Part shown: positions 39,704 through 50,344 of the stretch, piece by piece
Layout of the letters: every line of letters starts with the position of its first letter
Position numbering within the stretch: the stretch's first letter is position 1
Assembly: GCA_020052375.1 (NCBI GenBank)
Contig: JAGVPG010000002.1
Location: 30,759 to 94,758, forward strand
Direction of reading: 5' to 3'
Source of the DNA: Actinomycetota bacterium
GTDB lineage: Bacteria > Actinomycetota > JAHEXW01 > JAGVPG01
DNA length: 64,000 nucleotides
Program-made: the position numbers and the translations under genes
Notes under the pieces: model-generated
What the model was told of the DNA's origin: nothing
Seen by the model: the letters and a program-made list of their open reading frames with translations, nothing else
The model's database searches: none

Positions 39704-39742
39704 CTTTTCACCTCCTCCCGGTTGAACTTAAAGCGTAAATGC

Positions 39743-40156
39743 TTATATGTTCCGTTCTGCAATGTCTCCGATCACTGGTAGTTTATACATCTCTCCCTGA
39801 TAGGCCTTGACCATCAGGACGATGTATAAGACCATGGACCCGATCCAGTAAGCAAAATAGAGTATCGACGTCATGATCCCTCCTAAGAACGGGATCAGGT
39901 ATAGGATCCGTGAAAGCGCAAAAAGGACGATCCCTACGAGTATCACGGCGACACCGAAGAGGATGGATTGCATGGCGTGAAAACGCACGTATTTGTTGTC
40001 TTTCTCAATAAGAAGGAAGATCATTCCGGTAACCCAGTTGAAGAGGTAGCAGAAGAGAGCTGCGGTGTTAGGCTCCAGGCCGGTCGATGTCTTATCAGCC
40101 TCCGGAGGAGTCAACGGTGTTTCAGCCATGTGAGTCACCTCCTTGTTGATGGACAC
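39743..40156 (-). CDS. DUF4870-like membrane protein (paralog B)
   Basis: AALFCYLFNWVTGMIFLLIEKDNKYVRFHAMQSILFG motif. The start may be the internal Met at 40129. Confidence 0.5.
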   Translation of the reverse strand: MSINKEVTHMAETPLTPPEADKTSTGLEPNTAALFCYLFNWVTGMIFLLIEKDNKYVRFHAMQSILFGVAVILVGIVLFALSRILYLIPFLGGIMTSILYFAYWIGSMVLYIVLMVKAYQGEMYKLPVIGDIAERNI

Positions 40157-40207
40157 TTCTCAAATATATTACCGATAACCATCACAAATGTAAATATTTT
40201 TGTCTAT

Positions 40208-41569
40208 CTATCGGCCGCCCACCATGATCCCCTCAATAGCGACCGTCGGAGAACCGATGTTTATGCCCATCGATAAAAACGTCAGGTCATCACCGATAAC
40301 AGTGATGTTCTTGAGAAGGTCGGGCAATGTCGACGCGATCGTTATCTCACGCACCGGCCGGTCGAGCAAACCATCTTTAATGAGCATGCCGCCGGCGCCT
40401 ACGGAGAACTGGCCGGTCACCGCGTTTACCCCCGCATGGAGGCCTTGAACGCTGATGACATAAACGCCCTCGGACACGTCTCTGATAACATCTTCTTTGG
40501 ACGTCGCACCTGGTTCTATGAAGAGATTCGTCGGGCTCGTCCCGGGAGGTGTTTTATAAGATACCCTGCTAGCGTTACCCGTGGACCGAGCCTTGTCTTT
40601 TCGTGCTGAATAACTGTTGTAGAGGAGTCCGGATAAGACGCCTCTTTCGATGAGTGTTGTTTGTTGCGTTTTAACGCCTTCGTCATCGAAGGGAGTGGTA
40701 CCCAACCCTCCGGGCATCCTGCCGTCGTCGATGATCGAAACATGTCCGGCGGCTACCTGCTTGCCTCTATGACCAGCCAGAAAAGACCGCCCCTTTTGGA
40801 CCGCTTCGGCACTAAAAGCCGGAGACATGGACATCATTATCTCGACAAAGACGACCGGATCGAAAACGACCGTGGTCCGTTGCGGTTTTACGGACTCTGC
40901 GCCCAGAAGCATGACTGCCTGTTGTGCCGCTTCAGCGCCTATCTCGAGCGGGTCCAACTCCGTCATGGCGCGTCCGCTTCTGATGGCGAAACCACTCATC
41001 ACATCATCGTTTTTCCCGGCCAGGACGCTGGTATACGCAAAACAGGCTCCATTGACGTATTCACCTGAAAATCCGTTCGAATTCAACAGCAATACATGTT
41101 CTTTGCCGTCCGTATAAAGTGTGTCTTCACACAATATTACGGCTTTATCAGCCTCTAGAGCGGTTTTTTCCATAGTAGTCGCGAAATCGATCTTCTCTGC
41201 GCTACTTATCCGATCGAATCCCGGAGCTAAAAGGGAGGTTGCCCGGGTGTCTTTTTCCGACAAGACTGTCTCCGGTAGCCCCATATACCGGTCCGCCTGG
41301 CTGAATCCGGAGTTTTCAAGAGCTGCGTCGACCAGATTGTCCAGGGCTTGTCTTTCCAGCATCGTAGAATAAGCGTAGCCTAGCTTCCCGTCTTTAAAAA
41401 CGCGGATGCCGGCTCCGCAGCTGCCGGCTTTTGTAAAGAGTTCGACTTCGTTCCGGAAGACCTTGACAGTCGTCTGTTCTCCGGATTTTATAAATACCTC
41501 TGCCTGGTCGGCACCCCGTTTCTTGCCTTTTTCCACTAGATATTCGGCCACGCGTTGGAGCTCTGTCAT
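40208..41569 (-). CDS. pmbA: TldE/PmbA-family metallopeptidase
   Basis: About 453 aa from MTELQRVAEYLVEKGKKRGADQAEVFI. The ATG overlaps the tldD stop (ATGA). TldD/PmbA fold motifs are present (GxC...HxxxxH-like segments). The longer ORF-track start is unlikely. Confidence 0.8.
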   Translation of the reverse strand: MTELQRVAEYLVEKGKKRGADQAEVFIKSGEQTTVKVFRNEVELFTKAGSCGAGIRVFKDGKLGYAYSTMLERQALDNLVDAALENSGFSQADRYMGLPETVLSEKDTRATSLLAPGFDRISSAEKIDFATTMEKTALEADKAVILCEDTLYTDGKEHVLLLNSNGFSGEYVNGACFAYTSVLAGKNDDVMSGFAIRSGRAMTELDPLEIGAEAAQQAVMLLGAESVKPQRTTVVFDPVVFVEIMMSMSPAFSAEAVQKGRSFLAGHRGKQVAAGHVSIIDDGRMPGGLGTTPFDDEGVKTQQTTLIERGVLSGLLYNSYSARKDKARSTGNASRVSYKTPPGTSPTNLFIEPGATSKEDVIRDVSEGVYVISVQGLHAGVNAVTGQFSVGAGGMLIKDGLLDRPVREITIASTLPDLLKNITVIGDDLTFLSMGINIGSPTVAIEGIMVGGR

Positions 41570-42963
41570 GACCCGGTGCCTCCGACCGTCAGTCTTTTTA
41601 TCCTCATCGTCGGCTGTCCTGTTCCCGCGGGAACCGACTGCCCGCCTTTTCCGCACATCCCGGTGTCGAACTTAAGGTCTCCGGCGATCCTGTCGATGTC
41701 CAGCAGGATCCGCGGACCGTTTCCTATCAAGACCGCGCCCTCGACAGGATTTTTTACCTGACCGTTCTCGATCAGATACCCTTCAGTCACGCCGAAGACA
41801 AAGTCGCCGGTAGCGGGATTGACCTCTCCTCCACCGAGAGACACTGCGTACAGGCCTTTTTCTATTCCTTCAAACATGTCCTTCTTCTTGTCATTACCGG
41901 GCATTATGAAGGTATTCGTCATCCTGGGTTGCGGAATGAAACGAAAAGACTGGCGCCTACCGTTCGATGTCGGCTTCGCCTTGAGTTGGAAAGCGCTTAG
42001 GCGATCATACATCAGGCTCTTCATCACGCCGTTTTCGATCAGAACGTTCATAGCCGCCGGCGTTCCTTCATCATCGAACGAGAAAGAGCCCCATCTGTTC
42101 GGGGCCGTCGGGTCGTCGGCAGCCGATACGATCTCCGCGGCTATCAACCGGCTTTCTTTGCCCGCGAATACCGAAGCGCCTTTCCTGACAGCGTCCGCCT
42201 CTAAGCCATGTCCGCATGCTTCGTGAAAAAGCACACCGCTGGTGCCGCTGGCCAGGACAACGGGCATCTCACCGGATGGCGCGGGTTTCGCATCCAGCAT
42301 CGTGATCGCCCTTTCGGCTGCTTTTCGCGCGATCCCTTCCGGTCCTTCTTCGTCAAAAAGCTCATACCCGCCGGCGATGCCCGGCGCCTCGTATCCCGTC
42401 TTTGTCACATCGTCCTTGACCGCGACCACATGCACGAAAAGCCTTGTCAACACCCGGACATCTTGAGCGAACAGACCCTCCGAGTTGACGATCGATACGC
42501 GTTGGATGATGTCATTCAAGCTTACAGTCACCTGTTTGACGTGCGGGCTTACAGTGCGTGCTTCCTTGTCCGCTCTCTTAAGGATATCCGCTTTCTTGCC
42601 GCGGTCTACGGATGCCGGAGAAACAAGGACTTTGTGGGTAACGGGAGGGTGTGATTTTTTTAAAGATATTATCCGCTGTTCTTGTGACGAGGGCGTCCTG
42701 TCTTTAAAGGCCTCGGCCAGCTCGGCGGCAGATTTCATTATCGACTCATCTTTTAGCGATTCGGTATAGGTGAAGAACGTAGAATCCGCGGATATCACCC
42801 TGAGGCCGGCGCCTGTGTCGATTCCCGACGTGAAAGATTCGATCTTCCCGTCTTCAAGGCTTATTTGCGTCGTCTCTCTTTCTTCGGCGAATATATCGGC
42901 GAAGTCGCCGCCTTTAATCAAAACGGCATCGAGGGAGGACTTCGCGACCTCTTCTTTGATCAT
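41566..42963 (-). CDS. tldD: TldD-family metallopeptidase
   Basis: 465 aa with HEACGHGLEAD (HExxxH) and a GxC motif (GMCGKG). Paired with the pmbA-like gene. Confidence 0.85.
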   Translation of the reverse strand: MIKEEVAKSSLDAVLIKGGDFADIFAEERETTQISLEDGKIESFTSGIDTGAGLRVISADSTFFTYTESLKDESIMKSAAELAEAFKDRTPSSQEQRIISLKKSHPPVTHKVLVSPASVDRGKKADILKRADKEARTVSPHVKQVTVSLNDIIQRVSIVNSEGLFAQDVRVLTRLFVHVVAVKDDVTKTGYEAPGIAGGYELFDEEGPEGIARKAAERAITMLDAKPAPSGEMPVVLASGTSGVLFHEACGHGLEADAVRKGASVFAGKESRLIAAEIVSAADDPTAPNRWGSFSFDDEGTPAAMNVLIENGVMKSLMYDRLSAFQLKAKPTSNGRRQSFRFIPQPRMTNTFIMPGNDKKKDMFEGIEKGLYAVSLGGGEVNPATGDFVFGVTEGYLIENGQVKNPVEGAVLIGNGPRILLDIDRIAGDLKFDTGMCGKGGQSVPAGTGQPTMRIKRLTVGGTGS

Positions 42964-42970
42964 TAGATCT

Positions 42971-43264
42971 TTAAGCTTCCGACGCTTCTTCGCTATACTT
43001 TGCCAGTTCCGCTTTTAGTTCGTCCATCTTTCGGCGGATCCGGCGCTCCTGGAGACCAAGAGCTCCTTCCAGTTTTGTGGTGGCTTCGTTTATACTTTCA
43101 CGAGCCTGATTGAGGACCGTCGTCGCCGATTCCCGGAGGTCGTCGGCCGCGCTTGCCAGCTGTTCGCGCGTCTCTTCCCCTGATTGGGGAGCAAATAAGA
43201 CAGCGAGCGTCAAACCGATAGCTGCGCCGCTGAACAGACCCCAACCGAATTCTCTTGCACCCAT
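42971..43264 (-). CDS. YtxH-like membrane-anchored helical protein
   Basis: N-terminal TM helix with FAPQSGEETREQL, then coiled-coil. Confidence 0.5.
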   Translation of the reverse strand: MGAREFGWGLFSGAAIGLTLAVLFAPQSGEETREQLASAADDLRESATTVLNQARESINEATTKLEGALGLQERRIRRKMDELKAELAKYSEEASEA

Positions 43265-43280
43265 GACTGATCACCTCGCC

Positions 43281-45539
43281 TTAAGAAGTCACTTCATAAC
43301 TCATCAGATAAAGCGTCGCCGGCACCAGATACATGAACGACAACGCCATCGAGACTACGCCTGAATCGTTGAATAGAAGAGCAGCGACTGCTCCGACTAT
43401 CCCGCCGGTCAGTGCGTACTTGTAATATTTATGGCTTTGAAAGACCAATTTTAACAGATTCTTAAGCCCATAGAAAGCGACGATCAAGACCCCGGCCGAT
43501 GCGACGTTCACCCAATTCCAGAATGCGTACTGGACGAGCTTGATGTTCATCATGATCTTTCTTTCGACCACCTTTATCAACGGATCCGCTCCTTCAGCCC
43601 TTATCGCTTCTACCAAGCGGGCTACGTGAGAGCCGGAATTCAAGCCTCTACTGACATCGGCGACCACAAGAGCGATCACGAGGACCGCCGCGCCCATAGA
43701 CGCCCATAGGAGATCGGACTTCCTGATCTCGCCCCTGATGTAACCTAGTGACATCACGGAGAAGCCGGCAAGCCCGGCAAGTAGGTTTCCGAATTCAGCT
43801 CCAAGGCCCGTATATCCGATGACAAAAGCGGTCGCTCCGAGAGCTGCCGCTACCAACCATTTTACCGCCTGATTCTCGATGCCGGCTGATTGGAATCTAT
43901 CGATTATATAAAACGATCCGAGGCTGGCCGCCCCGATCAGCGCCCCGGAATACTCATTGCCTATGCCGTAAAACCTTGAACCGCCGACGATCGAATAGCC
44001 CAATATGGAGTTGCTGGATAGAATGCCGCCGGCAAAGATGTCCAGAAGTAACGCCGCCCACACAGTCAAAGAGATGACTCCCACCGCACCCACCGGATCT
44101 TTGTGCCGCCAAGAGATCAGGCTCACAAAGACAGCTGTGCCTAGCGCCAGTTCCAAGAGTACGATCGGTGCCGTGTTCTGGAGAAACATCGGCAACAGAA
44201 GGATGACCAGCGGTGCGACCGGGATCGACAACAGCAACGGCCTGCACATGGCTGCATATTTGCGAAATCCGGGAACCAGGAGTATCACCATGAATAACAA
44301 CATGACCGCTATGCACCAAAGGGCGAAGACTCTCAATGCCGGGGGCTGGACGTTCCTCACTTCCACCCATGATCTATTCTCTCTGATCAGATGATCCATG
44401 CGGTCACCATCGAATGATTCCGATCTTAGCGGCTGTCCGGTCATCTCCGGCGGGGTATCTATGTTGAAATAGTCGAGGACGGTCGGCGCTATATCGACAT
44501 TGACGAGAACGCCGGAACGACGCGTGGTCGGCGTGACAAGAAGTCCTTGTTCGATACCGCGTCCAGCCATGATCGCGGGCGTCATCAGGTTGTTTTCTTT
44601 AAACGCCGCTGGTGACGGCTGGGGAGTCACTATGAGCAACAAGTCGTGGCCCAGGTCGATCTTTTTAAGCAGGTTGCCGACAAATGCGTCCGCTCTACTT
44701 AGGGACGTTCTGATATAGAGGTTTTCGCGGGGTGGTGTGAGATAGTCGTCTTCCTGCCGCACCCTCGTCGTGTCGCCCCAGTCCACTGCGATCACGTCCG
44801 CTTTGTCATACACTCTTTCAAAATCTGCAAGCAGCCTGGTTGCGTCCGTTCTCCGGCCGGTCGGAAACCCGTCGTCCTCCTTTATCAATCCCTGGCCCAG
44901 CATCGAGTAATCGACCAGCCCGTAGTCATCCATGACGATGTCTATGACGCTTCTTCCGTAGCCGGTCGTTGTGTCTATGTTACCCACGGCTGCCGTTTGA
45001 AGGTCCGCCCCGTGAAGAGCCCGCCCTAAAGCGCCCGGTACAGCCCCGAAGTCGTTCTCTTCGTTCACTGTGATTATCGCGTTTATCGATAGGTTTGCCG
45101 CGCCGTCGGCGTACGGCCGTTCTCCGGCTCTCTCGTAGAAAATATCCGTCGCTTTGCGTCCGTCTACCGTCTCGTTCGCCCCAAAGCCCTCTAGAGGCTT
45201 GTTAAGCGTCTTAGAACCGGGCTTCTGGTTGATACCATCCGTCTTGTTGCCGGCCCCCATCGTCAGATAGCCGGGTGACAGCGAGTCCTTATTGGGCACC
45301 CTGGCGTTCATGGCTCCGATGGCACCCTTCTCTATCAGGCTGTTTATATTGGTAAGGTGGGTGTTGTCAAGGTCTTCGAGCGTTATCTGGTCGATGACAA
45401 AGATGATGACCTTGCCGGATTGGCGGGCCTGTAGGATTCCGCTTCCTACGCTTAACGATAGAAACAGCGCGACTACGGCTATGATGAGGAGTGGGCGGGC
45501 AAGGGTCTTTGTCCTACGCTCCTTTTGTGATCGTATCAT
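43281..45539 (-). CDS. large membrane protein: N-terminal extracytoplasmic alkaline-phosphatase-superfamily-like domain plus C-terminal polytopic domain
   Basis: Signal-anchor, then VIIFVIDQITLEDL and SPGYLTMGAGN (AP-superfamily nucleophile-like). The C-terminal roughly 380 aa carry about 10 TM helices. Confidence 0.35.
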   Translation of the reverse strand: MIRSQKERRTKTLARPLLIIAVVALFLSLSVGSGILQARQSGKVIIFVIDQITLEDLDNTHLTNINSLIEKGAIGAMNARVPNKDSLSPGYLTMGAGNKTDGINQKPGSKTLNKPLEGFGANETVDGRKATDIFYERAGERPYADGAANLSINAIITVNEENDFGAVPGALGRALHGADLQTAAVGNIDTTTGYGRSVIDIVMDDYGLVDYSMLGQGLIKEDDGFPTGRRTDATRLLADFERVYDKADVIAVDWGDTTRVRQEDDYLTPPRENLYIRTSLSRADAFVGNLLKKIDLGHDLLLIVTPQPSPAAFKENNLMTPAIMAGRGIEQGLLVTPTTRRSGVLVNVDIAPTVLDYFNIDTPPEMTGQPLRSESFDGDRMDHLIRENRSWVEVRNVQPPALRVFALWCIAVMLLFMVILLVPGFRKYAAMCRPLLLSIPVAPLVILLLPMFLQNTAPIVLLELALGTAVFVSLISWRHKDPVGAVGVISLTVWAALLLDIFAGGILSSNSILGYSIVGGSRFYGIGNEYSGALIGAASLGSFYIIDRFQSAGIENQAVKWLVAAALGATAFVIGYTGLGAEFGNLLAGLAGFSVMSLGYIRGEIRKSDLLWASMGAAVLVIALVVADVSRGLNSGSHVARLVEAIRAEGADPLIKVVERKIMMNIKLVQYAFWNWVNVASAGVLIVAFYGLKNLLKLVFQSHKYYKYALTGGIVGAVAALLFNDSGVVSMALSFMYLVPATLYLMSYEVTS

Positions 45540-46431
45540 AGATCCTTTCCAGGTCGTCTACTGTCGAAAACTCTACCTCGATCTTGCCTTTCTTCCTTCC
45601 TACATGCACTTTTACCGGCGTCTCAAGATATTCCGTCAATTTCTCCGCCAGAGAAACCAGGCCTTTGGGCTGCAAGGGCTTGTGGTGTGGCTTATCGCTG
45701 GTTATGCCTTTTCTCCAGCGCCTTATAATATCCTCCACTTGCCTTACAGACAGGTCCTCACGACATATCCGTCTTGCCAGTTTCGCTTGAAATGAGTCAC
45801 CCTGAAGAGCCAGAAGGCTTCTGGCATGCCCCGATGTGATCTCAACAGACACCACCATCCGCTGGATCTCCGGCGGTAGCTGCAGTAAACGCAAGGTGTT
45901 GGCGATCGTCGCCCTGTCCTTACCCACACGTTGCGCGATATCGTTCTGGTTTATATTGAAATCGTCAAGAAGTTGCCTGTAAGCAAGGGCCTCTTCTATT
46001 GCGTTCAAGTTTTCTCTTTGTATATTTTCGATGACCGCCATCTCAAGCGATTCCGTATTGGTCGACGTCCTGATAATGGCAGGTATCGTTTTCAACCCGG
46101 CTTTTTTCGCCGCCCTCCACCTTCTCTCGCCGACGACCAGTTCATACCCTGTTCCCGACGCCCTGACCACGATCGGCTGCACTATACCGACTTCCTTAAT
46201 GGACGCTATGAGTTCGTTCAGCGCGCTTTCCGAGATCTTCTTTCGCGGCTGGTTCGGGTTCGGCGATATATGATCTACATCGATCTGTTTAAGGTTAAGA
46301 CCTCCCGTTTCCGCCGGCGTCACCGCTTCCGGTTGTTTTTGTTCCGCCTCTTTGGGCGTTTCGACCTGTTCCTTCGCGCCGACTGTCGGAATCAGGGCCG
46401 ATAATCCGCGGCCAAGTCCTCTCTTAGCCAT
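45514..46431 (-). CDS. parB: chromosome partitioning protein ParB/Spo0J
   Basis: GLGRGLSALIP box, HTH and a ParB N-terminal domain. Confidence 0.9.
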   Translation of the reverse strand: MAKRGLGRGLSALIPTVGAKEQVETPKEAEQKQPEAVTPAETGGLNLKQIDVDHISPNPNQPRKKISESALNELIASIKEVGIVQPIVVRASGTGYELVVGERRWRAAKKAGLKTIPAIIRTSTNTESLEMAVIENIQRENLNAIEEALAYRQLLDDFNINQNDIAQRVGKDRATIANTLRLLQLPPEIQRMVVSVEITSGHARSLLALQGDSFQAKLARRICREDLSVRQVEDIIRRWRKGITSDKPHHKPLQPKGLVSLAEKLTEYLETPVKVHVGRKKGKIEVEFSTVDDLERIYDTITKGA

Positions 46432-47284
46432 GTCCCACCACTTCCTTTGCTAGATCCTTATATGCTATCGCGCCTCTGGAGAGCGCGTCATAATGCGTGA
46501 TCGGTTGACCGAAACTCGGTGCTTCGCTTAAGCGTACGCTCCGCGGGATAATGGAAGAGTACACCTTGTCGGGAAAATGCTTTTTGACTTCCTCTATTAC
46601 TTGCTGCCCTATCTTGGTCCTCGAATCATGCATCGTCATCACAAGTCCCGCAAGCTCCAGGTTCGGATTAAGAAACTTCTTTACCTGGTCGATGCTCTCA
46701 AGAAGTTGACTCAGCCCTTCCAGCGCATAGTATTCACACTGGACCGGTATTATCAGTTCATCTGCTGATGTAAGGCCGTTTAGTGTCAGTAAGCCAAGAG
46801 ACGGGGGACAATCGATTATGATGAAATGATAATCACCCTTGATCGTTTCGAGTAAGTTCTTAAGACGTGTCTCCCTGGACATCATCGAGACAAGCTCGAC
46901 CTGCGCTCCTACCAACCTGAATGACGCCGGTGCGACATACAGGTTGTCGACGATCGTCTCGAGCACTATACTGCCCAAGGTCTCTTTGCCCATGAGCACG
47001 TCATATATGCACTTTTCGAGGCCTTTCGGGTCTACCCCAAGACCGCTGGTCGCATTACCTTGCGGATCTATGTCGACGATCAGCGTTTTGTATCCGTCTA
47101 AGGCCAACCACGAGCCCAGGTTTACTGTAGTCGTCGTCTTACCGACGCCGCCTTTCTGGTTGGCGATGACCAAAGTCCTCGTAGAGGTGACGGGTTCCGG
47201 GTGCTTGCTTTCCGGCCCCTTTTCGACCTTTACTTCTTCCTCCACATCTTTATGCTCTTTCTTAAACCTTCTAAACAGACTCAA
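46424..47284 (-). CDS. parA: chromosome partitioning ATPase ParA/Soj
   Basis: Deviant Walker A KGGVGKTTTTVNLG, with a roughly 35-aa N-terminal extension. Confidence 0.9.
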   Translation of the reverse strand: MSLFRRFKKEHKDVEEEVKVEKGPESKHPEPVTSTRTLVIANQKGGVGKTTTTVNLGSWLALDGYKTLIVDIDPQGNATSGLGVDPKGLEKCIYDVLMGKETLGSIVLETIVDNLYVAPASFRLVGAQVELVSMMSRETRLKNLLETIKGDYHFIIIDCPPSLGLLTLNGLTSADELIIPVQCEYYALEGLSQLLESIDQVKKFLNPNLELAGLVMTMHDSRTKIGQQVIEEVKKHFPDKVYSSIIPRSVRLSEAPSFGQPITHYDALSRGAIAYKDLAKEVVGHG

Positions 47285-47287
47285 ACC

Positions 47288-49888
47288 CTATCCTTTCAAA
47301 GGCCTCTTGAACGGCACACCCGTTCTTCTGGGGTATTGCTCCGGCGTCCGCTGTTTTTTCCTGATGATGACCAGATGTCTTGTTGCTTGCAAGAAGGGTA
47401 CCTTGACCCGCTTTATTTCCTCCAATTCCCCTCCGAGCAGACTGTTCGCAAACGCCGCGCCTTGCATTTCCGCTTTAACATTCTTGCCCCTCTGCGCTAT
47501 CAGGATTCCGCCCGGTTTTATCAGTGGCAATGCGTACTCAAGCAGCGTCGGCATCGGTGCGACTGCTCGTGCCAATGCTATGTCGTAAGATTCCCTCTCT
47601 GTTTCGATCCTGGCAAAGTCCTCAGCACGACAACACTCGACTCGTACGCCGTCCAGCTGAAGAGCATCCAGAACGTGTTCCAGGAACCGGGCTCTCTTGG
47701 CCGATGCTTCCAATAACGTCAAAGAGATTTCCGGGGCTGCGATCTTCACCGGTATACCCGGCAATCCGGCGCCCGCCCCTATGTCGACTACTTTATTATC
47801 TGCTCGCGATATGTGGTTCATTGTCAGGCAACTGAGAGAGTCCAGCAGGTGTCTCGCCACCAGTACTTCTCTAGAGTTTGAGCTGATCAGATTCGTATGC
47901 CTGCTCCACTCTTCGATCAATTCTTCATAGATGCCAAATTTTACCAGCTGTTTCTGGTCCAGCTTTATACCTAGCTGTTTGGCGCCTAAAGCTAAATCGC
48001 CCTTAATGCTCGCATCCATCATGTCTTGCCGCTCCAGATGTACCATCAGAATTGATATATCAGCAGGTGAAACACCAGAAATACGTGCTGCTTGCCCAAG
48101 GGAGCCTGGGCGTATGTGCGCGAGCCTCTCCCTTGCTTCAAAGGATATACCAGCCAAACTATGGTAGTCAAGGTCGTCCGGGAGGCTCCTTTCTTCCATT
48201 CTTTTATAACGTGCAATCGTGTGCTTTTCTCGCTCGACATACCCTTGATATTTTATGTCCATCTCCACCGACGCCACACAATCATTATCATATGGCGGAG
48301 CGTCATCCAAAAAGTGGGCCATTCCGCTTATTGTCACTTCAGGGCGCCTGAGAAGCTGTGCCAGCACTGTTTTTTGCCTGATCGCAGCACCACCGAAAGA
48401 ACACAATGCGTCGTTTACTTCTTGTGACGAAGGAACGGTCTTCTTATGACAATATCCATGGAGCCTTTTGATCATATGGCGGCGCTCTATGTATTTCGCC
48501 TGTCTCGAGTCCGTTATCAAGCCGACCTCTCTGCCTATTGGCGTTAAGCGCGCATCCGCATTATCGCTTCTTAATGACAACCGGAATTCGGCCCTCGATG
48601 TGTACATGCGATAAGGTTCGGTTATGCCCTTGGTGATCAGGTCGTCTATCATCACGCCTATATACGCCTGGTCACGGCCCAGTATAAGAGGATCGTCGCC
48701 CATGCACTTCAATGCGGCGTTTATGCCGGCGATGATTCCTTGAGCAGCAGCTTCTTCATAGCCCGTTGTCCCGTTCACTTGGCCGGCGACGAACAGTCCT
48801 TGTACCGCCTTCGTCTCAAGCGACTGCTTTAATTGGTCGGGAGGTATGAAGTCATAGGAAACGGCATACCCCGGACGCGTTATGCGCGCGCCCTCAAGCC
48901 CGGGAACGGAACCGACTATCATCTCCTGGACGTCAATGGGCATGGCCGTCGTTAGGCCCTGCAAGTACATCTCGAGCGTCTCCATTCCTTCCGGTTCGAT
49001 AAACACCGGGTGTCTATGTCGATCCGGAAAGTTCAAGATCTTCCGGTCGATGGACGGACAATTACGAGGGCCGTGCTCGGTTACAGATCCGGACTTGATC
49101 GGAGATCTGTGAATGTTATTTCGAACCACTTGACACGTATGTTCATCCGTATATGTCAAATAACAGGGTATGTTGACTCCGATCGGACCTTCTGTCTCTG
49201 ATGAGAACGCGAGCCTTTCATTCGACCCCGGCTCCACCTGAAGCTTTGTCAGGTCTATTGTCCGCCGATCTATGCGAGGCGGGGTTGCTGTTTGAAACCT
49301 CCCCAGCATAAGCCCCACGTCTCTAAGCGAATCAGGAAGGGTGTCGGCGGGCCTTTCTCCCATCCTGCCCGCTGGAAAAGTATGATCACCAATGGTCACA
49401 GCACCTTTCATGAAAGTTCCTGCTGTTAGGACAACACATTTTGCGTCATATGTCCTGCTATCAGGCAAGTATACGCCAGTCACTGTGTTGCGCTTTACAT
49501 TAATGCTGGTCACGAGCCCTTTTATTAGCGTAAGATGCTTCTCGTCTATTATCGTCTCTCTCATTGATGCTTCATATAGACGCTTGTCCGCTTGCGCTCT
49601 TAGCGCTTGGACGGCCGGCCCTTTAGAACCGTTCAGTACTTTTATCTGTATCGCTGTCTTGTCGATATTCCGCCCCATTTCTCCACCCAGAGCATCCACT
49701 TCTCTTACTAGCTGTCCCTTGCCGATTCCACCTACTGACGGATTGCATGGCATCGTAGCTACTCTTTCTGTATCGAGCGTGATCAAGGCAGTCCGCCTGC
49801 CCATTCTTGCGCATGCAAGAGCCGCCTCACACCCAGCATGACCTGCGCCTACCACAATAATGTCGAAGTCATTTTGCTTATTATTCAC
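47288..49888 (-). CDS. mnmG-rsmG: in-frame fusion of tRNA uridine-5-carboxymethylaminomethyl synthase MnmG (GidA) and 16S rRNA m7G527 methyltransferase RsmG (GidB)
   Basis: Single 866-aa frame. Residues 1 to about 625 are MnmG ([15 protein letters not shown] ... [22 protein letters not shown]). They continue without a stop into [46 protein letters not shown]...[18 protein letters not shown] (RsmG). The junction Met-Met codons sit at plus coordinates 48017..48022. Confidence 0.85.
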   Translation of the reverse strand: MNNKQNDFDIIVVGAGHAGCEAALACARMGRRTALITLDTERVATMPCNPSVGGIGKGQLVREVDALGGEMGRNIDKTAIQIKVLNGSKGPAVQALRAQADKRLYEASMRETIIDEKHLTLIKGLVTSINVKRNTVTGVYLPDSRTYDAKCVVLTAGTFMKGAVTIGDHTFPAGRMGERPADTLPDSLRDVGLMLGRFQTATPPRIDRRTIDLTKLQVEPGSNERLAFSSETEGPIGVNIPCYLTYTDEHTCQVVRNNIHRSPIKSGSVTEHGPRNCPSIDRKILNFPDRHRHPVFIEPEGMETLEMYLQGLTTAMPIDVQEMIVGSVPGLEGARITRPGYAVSYDFIPPDQLKQSLETKAVQGLFVAGQVNGTTGYEEAAAQGIIAGINAALKCMGDDPLILGRDQAYIGVMIDDLITKGITEPYRMYTSRAEFRLSLRSDNADARLTPIGREVGLITDSRQAKYIERRHMIKRLHGYCHKKTVPSSQEVNDALCSFGGAAIRQKTVLAQLLRRPEVTISGMAHFLDDAPPYDNDCVASVEMDIKYQGYVEREKHTIARYKRMEERSLPDDLDYHSLAGISFEARERLAHIRPGSLGQAARISGVSPADISILMVHLERQDMMDASIKGDLALGAKQLGIKLDQKQLVKFGIYEELIEEWSRHTNLISSNSREVLVARHLLDSLSCLTMNHISRADNKVVDIGAGAGLPGIPVKIAAPEISLTLLEASAKRARFLEHVLDALQLDGVRVECCRAEDFARIETERESYDIALARAVAPMPTLLEYALPLIKPGGILIAQRGKNVKAEMQGAAFANSLLGGELEEIKRVKVPFLQATRHLVIIRKKQRTPEQYPRRTGVPFKRPLKG

Positions 49889-50344
49889 CGTTATTTCTTG
49901 ATCTCCGTTTCACGTGAAACAATCTACTGGTCAAGGATTTATCTTATTTGAGAATAGCAAAAAGCGTGAATTATTTCAAATTTTAATTCCTCAATTACCA
50001 CTAATTGTTATGCCTTTTTAAAGCGATTACCACACGTTTTCCGGAAGCTGTTTCGTCATGTTTGCAGGCTTCCCGTTGCTGGCAAGCGTTACCAGATATA
50101 TAACTTCCGCCGCTGTGATTAATACATATATTACCACATAATACCAATACGAATACACTCTTTTGGTAATTAATGGCAGCGACTATTATATCAATATATT
50201 CCCATAATATGGAAGGGGCGAAGGTTCATATTTTGAACGCAGCGCTATTATAATAGCTATAATTGTATTAGCTTACGCTATAATGTATCTGCTAGCTGTT
50301 TAATGCATGTTGATTGTCTCCTCGGAGGATTAATGTATTGGTTT

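Noticed and set aside
43281-45539. Possibility that the large AP-superfamily-like protein is a BREX PglZ
   Set aside because: PglZ proteins are soluble and occur with pglX/brxC neighbours. This protein has about 10 TM helices and sits in the par operon with no other BREX genes.
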